Origin: Nitrosopumilus sp. | GTDB taxonomy: Archaea; Thermoproteota; Nitrososphaeria; Nitrososphaerales; Nitrosopumilaceae | DNA: 64,000 bases | Assembly: GCA_965205215.1 (NCBI GenBank) | Contig: OZ242041.1 | Coordinates: forward strand, 32,001 to 96,000 | Direction: 5' to 3' | Shown: positions 54,008 to 62,682 of the stretch, piece by piece | How positions within the stretch are numbered: position 1 is the stretch's first letter | Layout: each line of letters begins with the position of its first letter | Notes under the pieces: generated by a model | The model's input: only the letters and a program-made list of their open reading frames with translations | Told to the model about the DNA's origin: nothing | The model's database searches: none | Translations under genes and position numbers: made by a program

Positions 54008-55018
54008 CTACATGTAATGGCGGCGGCGTCGTCGCGACGGGTGCCGCCAGGGCGCGACTGGGATCGCGCGCGTACCGTCAGCTGCAGACAATCCAGCAGC
54101 CGTTGACGGCGACGCGCGCTCCGCCGCCGCCCGGATGCGGTCTTCGCCGTTCTGCCCGTACGCCTGCATGTATGCGAGTCCCCGCCGTCCTTGCTGCGCC
54201 TCTTGCCATCCTTCTCCCCATCTTCTTGGATGCCGTTGGCGTGCCAGATATCATGATTCAACAGGCCTTGCCGCCGGGGCGCGTCGCGATCTTAGCTTTT
54301 CGTGTCTTTGGCGGGGAAAAGCCGGGTGGCGCCAAAGCCCCACACAGGGCATCAAGGCGCGTAACGCGTCGTGTCCTGCCGTACCCTCCACAGACTTGGA
54401 GGCGCGGCCTGCTACCGGTGGATCGCATGTCCACCTGCACCACGGCCCGGAAGCACGGCAGTATTTCCTGCTCGGTTTGCGGGGTAGCAGGGCGGCTCGT
54501 GCCACACCGCAGAGCCGCACCCTTCGAGCGGAGCGGATTGGGGAATTATGCAATACGCTACCAAGATGCGGTGCTGGTGCGGATTCGTGATATGGATGGT
54601 TTGTCGCGTGGATGTCACGAATTCACACCAGCACCTACTCCATTAAACCTTAATACTCCTGACGCCCAGCCTGTGGCATGGGGCGCAGAAAGACTCAGAA
54701 GATAATACGCACGGGCCCAAAGAACGCCACGACGGGGCTGTGCCCGGCCTGCCAGACCATCGGCAAGGTGTTCCTTCTCGGACCTCCCGGAGAGGAGAGG
54801 GGCAAGTGCGAAAAATGCAGGCAAGAGTTTGAGCTGTAACCTGGACTCGAGAGCATACGCCTGCACGCCTTTTATACTGCCTGCCCTGTCGGGGCCGCGG
54901 ATGCGGCAGAGATGCCGTTACAAGCCAAATATATGATCAAAAATTGTCCGCCTGACCGCACTGCACGCCGCACGGCACATAGGATATCTTTTTTTAGATC
55001 CACATCTGACAATGATCG

Positions 55019-55189
55019 ATGAGTACTGAAGCTGAGACCATCTATGACCGCGTGTCTGCACTTGAAGAAGAGGTTGCAGTGCTACGAAGCGAGGTTGATT
55101 TGCTCAAAAGGGCGCTGCGCAACAAGATCGCCCGTCACGAGATATCCATGATCAAGGAAGGCAAGGATGTCGAGAGCATTATTGACTAG
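55019..55189 (+). CDS. Small coiled-coil hypothetical protein (56 aa), not in the ORF track
   Basis: Manual translation MSTEAETIYDRVSALEEEVAVLRSEVDLLKRALRNKIARHEISMIKEGKDVESIID*. Heptad pattern; T-rich TATA-like tract ~25-30 nt upstream. Confidence 0.75.
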   Translation: MSTEAETIYDRVSALEEEVAVLRSEVDLLKRALRNKIARHEISMIKEGKDVESIID

Positions 55190-55350
55190 ACGCGGCGGCG
55201 GGAATAGCGGCGGCAACAACGCGCGCCAAGAGGCGGCGGCAGGACGCCGGGCATACTTTGGTTTGTAGTTGGCGCTCGCCAGTTGCGCTCAGGGTGCGCA
55301 GCGGCCAGTGCACGGCCCGAACGACGGCCCGGCCGCGCGGCCAGCCGGCG

Positions 55351-56550
55351 TCACCTGACGACCCTCTCCATATAACGCGACGGCTCCTTCAGCTCCCTTG
55401 TCGTGGGCGGCTCGCGTATCATGTCTGAGAACGCATCCCTGCCGCGCGCGTCGTATACGGCCCTTGCAAAGTCGCGCCCCATGTTCTTCCTGATCTTGTA
55501 CGTGCTCAGGTCGGTCCCCATGAACGTGCCCAGGTACTTTGCAAAGTCCTCGTCGTCCCCAAGGATGTTCTCAACTGCCAGTGCCGCCATCCCCTCCATT
55601 GTGGTGAATGCCGAATGGTGCCTCTGTATGGGGCCGAGCCACTCCATGTACGTCTCGTGTATGTCAGGAATGGCGCGCTCTATGGTCGGATCTATCTCGA
55701 CGTGCGTGTACGTCATGATGTCAGGGCCGATCTGCTCTATCAGGAAATGATCCGGGTTCAGAAAGAAGAACAGGTTGGCCCTCTTTGCAAACGGAAAGTC
55801 GTCTGGCACCGTCTGCAGCTGGCAGTGCTCTGCAAGCATGTTTACGGTGTCCGTGTCCAGGCCCATTATGGCCTCTGCAAGCCGTTCGTTTATCGTGTTT
55901 ACGTGAGCTGCCGCCTCCGCGTTTGCGCGGTGCAGGTTTCCCTGCGCCGAGTGTATCATCTCCTCAAGCACGGTCATCTTTACGGCCCCGACGTACCCGG
56001 AGTTTACCTCGCCGAACCTAGACTCGTACGGCTCGCCCTGCCTGTACAGTATTATCCCCGGATACCTTGAGAGGACGAACTTGTTGAGGTATATCACAGA
56101 GTCCAGGTAGTCGCCGTACGTCGTGGTTATCTTTGAGATGTACTGTATGGCATAGGTCGAATACACCAGATATTTGGCGGTGTCCCTCTCCATCAGGCCC
56201 GCTATCGCCGCCTGGTCCTCTGACGCGACAGCCTCGAACAGGTCGGTCACGAACGCCCGCGCATCCTCGCTGCCCGCAAAGACCTTTGCGGCCTTTAGCC
56301 TCTTGAGGCCGTCGAGCTCCGGATACTCCAGCCGGAGCCCTTCTTGGCACCTTGCGCCGAGGAACTCCTCGGCCTTTTGCACGTATGCGGGGAATATCCC
56401 CTCGGCGACTTGTTCCAGCTCATCGAACCTGACCCTGTCCCCCAGGCTCTCGGCGGCCTTTGCGCCAAGGCTCTCAATCTCGGCCTCCTCGCTGATCTCG
56501 ACTGAAAGCTGGCCAAACAGGGCCTCGGCAAACTCGTCGAACTCCTTCAA
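55351..56550 (-). CDS. Conserved hypothetical protein, zincin-like metalloprotease fold (DUF2342/Zincin_2-like)
   Basis: VLEEMIHSAQ, AFTTMEGMA and PPTTRELKEP resemble the HExxH / MxxxEG / PTxxEIxxP pattern of that family. TTG start. Confidence 0.65.
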   Translation of the reverse strand: MKEFDEFAEALFGQLSVEISEEAEIESLGAKAAESLGDRVRFDELEQVAEGIFPAYVQKAEEFLGARCQEGLRLEYPELDGLKRLKAAKVFAGSEDARAFVTDLFEAVASEDQAAIAGLMERDTAKYLVYSTYAIQYISKITTTYGDYLDSVIYLNKFVLSRYPGIILYRQGEPYESRFGEVNSGYVGAVKMTVLEEMIHSAQGNLHRANAEAAAHVNTINERLAEAIMGLDTDTVNMLAEHCQLQTVPDDFPFAKRANLFFFLNPDHFLIEQIGPDIMTYTHVEIDPTIERAIPDIHETYMEWLGPIQRHHSAFTTMEGMAALAVENILGDDEDFAKYLGTFMGTDLSTYKIRKNMGRDFARAVYDARGRDAFSDMIREPPTTRELKEPSRYMERVVR

Positions 56551-56690
56551 CGCGCATGCAACGAACGACTACAATTTAACACTAACCTGACTTGTGCGTG
56601 CGCGCGCGGCCGGCCCGTGCACGCCCCCCGCCCCTCTCCACGAATGCCGATTGCAACAACAGTGAAATACAAAAGACGCCACGGTATGGC

Positions 56691-57065
56691 ATGGTGTCAG
56701 CCGTCGTCATCCCGATTATAGTGGTGGCCATAGTGGGACTTGCCGGGTATCTCGTATACCGGTACCTGGTGATGGAGGTGTCAGCCCGGCGGGCCGTCAC
56801 CCGAACGCTGCGGCGATACCGCATAGAGAAGACCCCGTCGCAGATAATACGCGAGTACCACATGATCAGGGGCCAGTCCCTCTCCGAGGGGGAGATCCGC
56901 GGCATGGAAAAAGAGTACATGCGCAACGGGCCGGACAAGTTCCTCGAGATGTACGACGAGATAAGGGACAAACCGGTGCGAAACGGCGCAGGGAGCCAGG
57001 GCGCAGACGGCAGCGGCCCCGGATCTGCAAGCGGCTCCAAAGGCGGCTCGATTGGGGACAAGTAG
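56691..57065 (+). CDS. Small single-pass membrane hypothetical protein
   Basis: MVSAVVIPIIVVAIVGLAGYLVYRYLV transmembrane segment followed by a charged helical domain. Start moved to ATG 56691. Confidence 0.75.
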   Translation: MVSAVVIPIIVVAIVGLAGYLVYRYLVMEVSARRAVTRTLRRYRIEKTPSQIIREYHMIRGQSLSEGEIRGMEKEYMRNGPDKFLEMYDEIRDKPVRNGAGSQGADGSGPGSASGSKGGSIGDK

Positions 57066-57134
57066 TTGCTGTTGTGGCTCATATGCCCGCATGATGCAGT
57101 ATGGCGGTCCTGGCGCATACCGCACCGGCTGTGT

Positions 57135-57992
57135 CTATGGCGACACCGGGATCTGTATGAACGGCGTCCCGCCCTCGCCTACAACAAGTGGCAGCTGGCC
57201 GTCCCATGCCTGGGTCTTTAGCCACTCAAGATAGTTGGGATTCTCTGCAAGAGCCTGGTTGATGATTGAAATGGCCTCTGCCTCGCCCTTTGCCTCCGCG
57301 ATGTTCGCGTTTGCGACTCCGACCGCGTTGGCCTCACGCTGCTTTGCCTCCACCTCTATCCTTCTCAGATCGTTCTCTGCCTTTAGCGCCCTCTGCTCTG
57401 CCTCCACCTTTGCCTCTATGGCCTGGGCAAAGAGCGGCGAGAACTCAAAGTCGGTTATCGATATTACCTCTGTCACCACATTGAACTGCGCAAGCCTCTC
57501 CCTGATGGACGACTCTATGTCCTGCTTTACAAGCGGCCTCTTTGTAATCAGCTCCTCTGCGTTGTAGTTTGCCGTAACCTGCTTTACGGTCTCCTCTATG
57601 GCCGGCTGTATGACCCTGTTCTCATAGTCTAGCCCCAGGTTCTTGTACAGCGTGTGTACGTGCTCCCTGTCGGGGTGATAGTTGACCGTAACCGTGGTCT
57701 CGACTGTCTGGAGGTCCTTTGAGGCGCTCCTCGTCTCCTTATCGTACTTTAGCGTCCTGACCTCTATGTTTACGACGTCGTCTTGGAACGGCACTACAAA
57801 GTGCAGCCCCTCGTCAAGCGGGGGGGCCGCAAGGTCTACTGCATTCCAGTGAAGCAGTACGCCCCTGTGCCCGGCGTCCACTATCTTGACAGACGCAAAG
57901 ACCACGACCCCGATTACAATCAGTATGATGATTCCGATTGCAACGCCCTTTGCCGCGTTGGTGTTAACCTTTGGCGACTGGTATCTTGACAT
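57135..57992 (-). CDS. SPFH/prohibitin (band 7) family membrane protein
   Basis: N-terminal TM; VDAGHRGVL, EGLHFVVPF, SKDLQTV, YNAEELITKR, FAQAIEAKVEAEQ. Confidence 0.92.
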   Translation of the reverse strand: MSRYQSPKVNTNAAKGVAIGIIILIVIGVVVFASVKIVDAGHRGVLLHWNAVDLAAPPLDEGLHFVVPFQDDVVNIEVRTLKYDKETRSASKDLQTVETTVTVNYHPDREHVHTLYKNLGLDYENRVIQPAIEETVKQVTANYNAEELITKRPLVKQDIESSIRERLAQFNVVTEVISITDFEFSPLFAQAIEAKVEAEQRALKAENDLRRIEVEAKQREANAVGVANANIAEAKGEAEAISIINQALAENPNYLEWLKTQAWDGQLPLVVGEGGTPFIQIPVSP

Positions 57993-58289
57993 ACCTTGAG
58001 GCGGGACGCCTGCCTTATTATACTATCCTGAATCCTCCTCCAAGCCCATCCCTGTCGGCCCGCCTAGGTCTCCGTCCTCCGTCTCTCGGGCCATCATGGC
58101 AGGTGCGGGGTGTCGGCATGCGGCGCCAATTCGTGGGGGCGACCGGCCAGTCAGATACTTGACCAGCTGGGTGGGACTCGGGTCCCAGGGGATCGGATCC
58201 TTGATTGGCATCTGGGGAGTGGGGGCGGAGATGGGGGGCGGATCTCTTGCACTCTCAACAGATTTAACGTGCGGGGACGTACATGCGGC

Positions 58290-58835
58290 ATGGTAACCGG
58301 CGAATACTGGTGGCTCATATACCTGCTGTTCCTAGCGATTCCGCTTGCAAGGATAATCCCGCGACTGGCCTCGCGAACTCGGATGTCCGGGCGTGACGAT
58401 GATCGTGCGCGCCATCCCGGCTCGGGTGGCGTGTGGGCCGGCGCCGGTGACCGCAGTCACCGCAACCGTGACGATGTTGGTGCAAACCCTGAACGTGCCG
58501 AGCGGCCGGGGGCGGCATCGGAGGGGCAGGGCGCAGCGGGAGAGGGGCGGCCGGCTTTTGCAGAGCCTCGCGGCCGACGCGACACGCCCCGGGACGGGCC
58601 TGCATCAAAGGCAGAACAGACCGACGAGATGATCGTGCTGGGCGCGATGCACCGGGGCGCCAAGACGTTTGCGTCAATTCAGAAAAAGACCGGCATGGAC
58701 GACGGTTCGCTGAACAAGGCCCTTGAGAACCTCGAGGGGCGCCAGATGATAAAGGTGGTCACAAGAAAGGGACTCATGGGGACAAAGGTCGAGATGTACC
58801 CGACTGACAAGGGGTTTCGCAGTTACTACTCGTGA
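58290..58835 (+). CDS. Membrane-anchored winged-HTH protein
   Basis: N-terminal WWLIYLLFLAIPLARII, low-complexity linker, C-terminal TFASIQKKTGMDDGSLNKALENLEGRQMIKV...YPTDKG (MarR-like wing). Confidence 0.7.
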   Translation: MVTGEYWWLIYLLFLAIPLARIIPRLASRTRMSGRDDDRARHPGSGGVWAGAGDRSHRNRDDVGANPERAERPGAASEGQGAAGEGRPAFAEPRGRRDTPRDGPASKAEQTDEMIVLGAMHRGAKTFASIQKKTGMDDGSLNKALENLEGRQMIKVVTRKGLMGTKVEMYPTDKGFRSYYS

Positions 58836-58915
58836 TTAAACATGATGCACCTGCGGCTGCCGGATCGTCGCCGTTGGCGAGTGGGCGGCGGCGTCACGGT
58901 GATGGGGATGGTGTG

Positions 58916-59032
58916 TGCCGGGGGCGGGTTTCGAACCCGCGACCTCCAGATTATGAGTCTTGCCTTCTTTTTGGAGAACCGCTAGAGCCTGCCAACTGAA
59001 CTGGCACTCTAACCAGGCTGAGCTACCCCGGC
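58916..59032 (-). tRNA. tRNA-Met(CAT), elongator-type, with a 42-nt intron (58959-59000) at a non-canonical position (~30/31)
   Basis: The spliced sequence GCCGGGG TA GCTC AGCCTGGTTA GAGT G CCAGA CTCATAA TCTGG AGGTC GCGGG TTCGAAA CCCGC CCCCGGC A folds as a cloverleaf. No encoded CCA. Confidence 0.9.
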
Positions 59033-59131
59033 ATGACTGTAGCGTCTTTTGGTGGGAAATTAAATGCTACGTCGCAGTAGCCAGTTTCAGATTCCTGTCG
59101 CGGTGGATTCCCATGATGTCGTGTTGGTCGG

Positions 59132-60913
59132 CTACGCCTGCGGCGCCGCACCTGTCTCCGCGGTATCATCCGCAAACTCGTCGTTTCGGCCGTACGTCTC
59201 TGAGATCTCAGACCAGTCAAGTCTCTCGCCGTGTACCCACAGGAACTTTCTCTGCAGGGCAGCCGTGTACAGCTTCTCCCACTCGGTCTTGGTCTCGTCA
59301 GTCCAGGCCTTTACCACGCGCGGATCGATATAGTTCCGCAGGGACGTGCCGAGGTTGTAGTCACGCGTCTTCTTGACCAGTTTTATCTGAAGTTTCATCC
59401 TCTCAAGCCTGTCACTGTGCCTTGCCTTCTGCCTCTTTATCTGCTCGTTGAGCCTTCTGATCCGCTTTCTCTTGTTCTTCTTCTGGGTCTCGGTCTTGGG
59501 CTTTGCATCCTTTGCCTTTTTGAGGTTGGCCTGGGCCTTTTCCCACGGCTTTTTGTTTTTAGCCTCCTCGTACTTTGTCTCCTTCTTCTTCAGTGACTCT
59601 TCAAAATTCTTTGGTATGGTCCTCTTGTGGTTGCACATTATGGCCGCCTCCAGATTGGCGCGCTTTGCACGATAGATCTTTTGGTGCGAGGTCGCGTCCT
59701 TTACATCATCCACATGTTCTGCAAGGTGCTTTTTGACTACCTTTGTGGCGCTGTACGTCCTGAAGACCTTTGCGCTGAGCCCCTTTACAATCCCAGAATA
59801 GTACGCGTTGACGTGGCTTGAGCGTATGCCGTCGAATATCTCATCTTTGGGTTTTTTGCCAGATATTATCTCCTTGAGGTTGGCGCGCAGCCTCTCGTCG
59901 CGCGGATTGGCGCACGGTATGGTTTCCTCCCACCTGACGCTGTCCTTGCCAAGAAAGTCGAACTTTATCGCGGCGTCTGATATCGTGACGTGCTCCTTTC
60001 GCAGCGTGGTGGCGCCTACCGTGTCGGCCTCGTCGGGATCCTTCTCGTCGCCCACCCTCATCGCCGTGCGGTATATCATATAGCACACGGTCGATATCTT
60101 GCGCTTTTTGGAATCGCGGCTTGCCATGTCTTTGGCCATGTGGTCAAGTATCTTGGCTATGCCGGAGGAGAGCGTCTCCGCCTTGAGGTACTTTGCCTTG
60201 TCCATGCTCTGCTTTATCTCGGACGTGTCTGCAAGCCACACGTACTTTGTCTTCTGCGTCAGGTAGTCTGTCCAGCTTGCAAGCCATGTGGCGCCCCTGT
60301 TCTCTATGATGGATTTCCACTGGCCCTCCGGCCTGGGCGCGTCCTTGCTCATGTTGAGTATGACGTCTTCCTTGGTGATGCGCGGCTTCCACTTCCCTCT
60401 CAGCGGGTGGTCTCCCCTGCCGATGAATATCCCGGGAGGCTCTGCCATGTAGTTTCCCACGTCGACCTCCTTGTCGTCCAGAACGGCCTTGCCGTACTCT
60501 GCCTTTAGTTTTTCGCGGATCTCCTTTCTCTTGGTCGCGGCCGCCTTCCTCTCCTCCTTTGTCATGGCGTCCTTGCGGTCCTTTTCCATGTCCACTATCC
60601 TGTACGCGTCTGCAAAGTCCACGTCCTTGTACTCGAGTCCCTTGTACTCGGGGCCCAGGGCCGCGGCAAGGTCACGTGTAAAGTTGGACTGGAACACGGC
60701 ATCCTGCACGTACGGCGTGTCCTTCTTCTTTGCCCACTGGTACGCCATCTCCTCCTGGAGCAGGTTGGGTTTGAACTCCTTGCCCCTTATCCTTATCGAG
60801 AACCCCCTCGACTCGTATTCGGGCGGGAATATGATGCCTTTGTGCCGCAGCGTCTTCCACCGCTTCTCGTTCTTGTTGTTGTTGTTAGTCTTCTTCTTCT
60901 TACTGCCTGCCAT
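59132..60913 (-). CDS. DNA topoisomerase IB (eukaryote-like, thaumarchaeal type)
   Basis: EPPGIFIGRG, RVGDEKD..EADTVGATTLR, FDFLGKDS, AKVFRTY, CNHKR, GTSLRNYIDPR. Confidence 0.96.
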   Translation of the reverse strand: MAGSKKKKTNNNNKNEKRWKTLRHKGIIFPPEYESRGFSIRIRGKEFKPNLLQEEMAYQWAKKKDTPYVQDAVFQSNFTRDLAAALGPEYKGLEYKDVDFADAYRIVDMEKDRKDAMTKEERKAAATKRKEIREKLKAEYGKAVLDDKEVDVGNYMAEPPGIFIGRGDHPLRGKWKPRITKEDVILNMSKDAPRPEGQWKSIIENRGATWLASWTDYLTQKTKYVWLADTSEIKQSMDKAKYLKAETLSSGIAKILDHMAKDMASRDSKKRKISTVCYMIYRTAMRVGDEKDPDEADTVGATTLRKEHVTISDAAIKFDFLGKDSVRWEETIPCANPRDERLRANLKEIISGKKPKDEIFDGIRSSHVNAYYSGIVKGLSAKVFRTYSATKVVKKHLAEHVDDVKDATSHQKIYRAKRANLEAAIMCNHKRTIPKNFEESLKKKETKYEEAKNKKPWEKAQANLKKAKDAKPKTETQKKNKRKRIRRLNEQIKRQKARHSDRLERMKLQIKLVKKTRDYNLGTSLRNYIDPRVVKAWTDETKTEWEKLYTAALQRKFLWVHGERLDWSEISETYGRNDEFADDTAETGAAPQA

Positions 60914-61018
60914 CGTGAAACCTGAATCAGACTGACGAGCGCCAATATGTATATCAATATAACGTGCGTCAGGCGGCAGGCAGACCCTGTCGCCGGCCGC
61001 GGCCGCCGGCCGCCATGC

Positions 61019-61876
61019 TCACTTTGGAAAGAGCTCCTCGCTCATGTACCTCTCAAACTCGATGTCAGACTTTTCCCTCTTTGCCTTCATGAACATCTCG
61101 GCGTCGGCGCCCACCACGTACCTTGGCAGCATCTCCTCGTCGTTGATGGCCCCGATTACCGCGTCTGCCACCTGCGAGGGCGGTGTGCCCATCTCCACCA
61201 TCATCTTGATTCCCGCAAGCATGTGGTCTGTCAACACCCTGTACTTGGGATCCGAGCACGACTCGGGAATCCTCATCGAGTCAAAGAACCCGGTCTTTAC
61301 AACGCCCGGCTCGATCAGCGTGGTCCTGATCCCAAACTGCCCGAGCTCGTACCGGAGGCACTCCGTCAGCCCCTCCAGCGCGAACTTTGAGCTGATGTAC
61401 GCGGGGGAGCCCGGCAGCCCCATCCGCCCCACCACGGAGCTGATGTTTACGATGTCGCCGGATCCCTGCCTGCGCATGATTGGGGCGGCCTCCTGTATTA
61501 TCCGCACGATGCTAAAAAAGTTGGTCTCAAACTGCCTTCTGAACTCTGGCAGCGGCACGTCCTCCGTGCAGCCAAACTGCCCGTACCCGGCGTTGTTTAC
61601 CAGCACGTCAAGCCTCTGGTTGTATGACGCGGCCTCCGATACTGCCGACACAATTGCTTTTTCGCTGTCGACGTCCATTCCAGGTATTATCGTGAGTGGG
61701 AGATCCTCCGCCTCATTTCCGTCCTCGGCCTCCACCCTGAGGGCGGCGGGTACCTTGCTGCCGCTGTCGCTACTCCTGACCCCTGCAAACGTGCGGTACC
61801 CGTTTCTTGCAAGCGCCAGCGCGGTCGCCGCGCCTATTCCCGAAGATGCACCGGTGACAAGCGCGACCCTTTCCAT
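61019..61876 (-). CDS. Short-chain dehydrogenase/reductase (SDR)
   Basis: VTGASSGIG, DVLVNNAG, NISS, YISSK (YxxxK). Start set at MERVAL. Confidence 0.93.
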   Translation of the reverse strand: MERVALVTGASSGIGAATALALARNGYRTFAGVRSSDSGSKVPAALRVEAEDGNEAEDLPLTIIPGMDVDSEKAIVSAVSEAASYNQRLDVLVNNAGYGQFGCTEDVPLPEFRRQFETNFFSIVRIIQEAAPIMRRQGSGDIVNISSVVGRMGLPGSPAYISSKFALEGLTECLRYELGQFGIRTTLIEPGVVKTGFFDSMRIPESCSDPKYRVLTDHMLAGIKMMVEMGTPPSQVADAVIGAINDEEMLPRYVVGADAEMFMKAKREKSDIEFERYMSEELFPK

Positions 61877-62001
61877 GCGCATGATCCGCACGCTCCGTAT
61901 TTATCACCTGCGGACGGATCGGTTAGGCCGCTTCCTCTGCCGTAAGCGGGTCGCGGCAGGTCGCATCGCGCCCGGCGCTCCCCCGTTGCAATGGGGCGCC
62001 C

Positions 62002-62616
62002 CTACTGCGCCTTCCAGATGTACCACGTGGCCACCGTCCTGTAGGGCCGCCACCCCTCCGCGATTTTTCGGACATCGTCCTCAGACGGCATGTCCGGCAG
62101 GCCGTAAAACAGCATCACCCCCTTTCTGAGGCCCAAGTCGCCGGCGGGCAGGACGTCCATGCGCCCCAGCCCGAACATCAGGAATATCTCGGCAGTCCAC
62201 CTGCCGACGCCCTTCACCTGCGTGAGCATCTCGGTTATCTCGTCGTCTGACATCCTGCCGGCCCTGTCAAGCCGTATGTGGCCCGCCTCAATCATCTCGG
62301 ATATCTTCTTTATGCACTCGGCCTTTCTGACGGAGAGCCCGGTCCCCCGCAGTCTCGAGTCCGGCGTGCCAAGCACGTCCGCGGGCCTCGGATAGGGCGC
62401 GTCGTACATGGCCCTGAACCTCTTGGATATGGCCCCCGCAGAATGGCCTGACAGCTGCTGCGTGATTATGGCCTCCACAAGGGAGCGGTACCTGTTCCGG
62501 GACGGCCTGATCTCGACGCCGGCCGGCACCATTTCAATCACTTTTGCAAGGACGGGATCCCTTTGCAGGCGTCGCCGCGCATACGACACGGCGCGGGATC
62601 CACCAGGCACGGCCAT
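62002..62616 (-). CDS. alkA: DNA-3-methyladenine glycosylase II (HhH-GPD, AlkA family)
   Basis: LVEAIITQQLS, LTQVKGVGRWTAEIFLMF, DVLPAGDLGLR, WRPYRTVA. Confidence 0.9.
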   Translation of the reverse strand: MAVPGGSRAVSYARRRLQRDPVLAKVIEMVPAGVEIRPSRNRYRSLVEAIITQQLSGHSAGAISKRFRAMYDAPYPRPADVLGTPDSRLRGTGLSVRKAECIKKISEMIEAGHIRLDRAGRMSDDEITEMLTQVKGVGRWTAEIFLMFGLGRMDVLPAGDLGLRKGVMLFYGLPDMPSEDDVRKIAEGWRPYRTVATWYIWKAQ

Positions 62617-62682
62617 GGCCGCGGTGCGGCACGTCGGTATGTAAACCCCTCTGCCCCGAGAGTGTAATACGTCCGGGACGTG

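Noticed and set aside
54010-54900. Several short ORFs including 54615-54866 (-) and 54103-54705 (+)
   Set aside because: No recognisable motifs and mutually overlapping. Possibly decayed DNA at the island edge, but not supportable as genes.
52430-59032. Provirus or integrative element inserted at tRNA-Met
   Set aside because: Core-type genes separate the integrase from the tRNA. I found no duplicated tRNA 3' end and no viral or conjugation genes.
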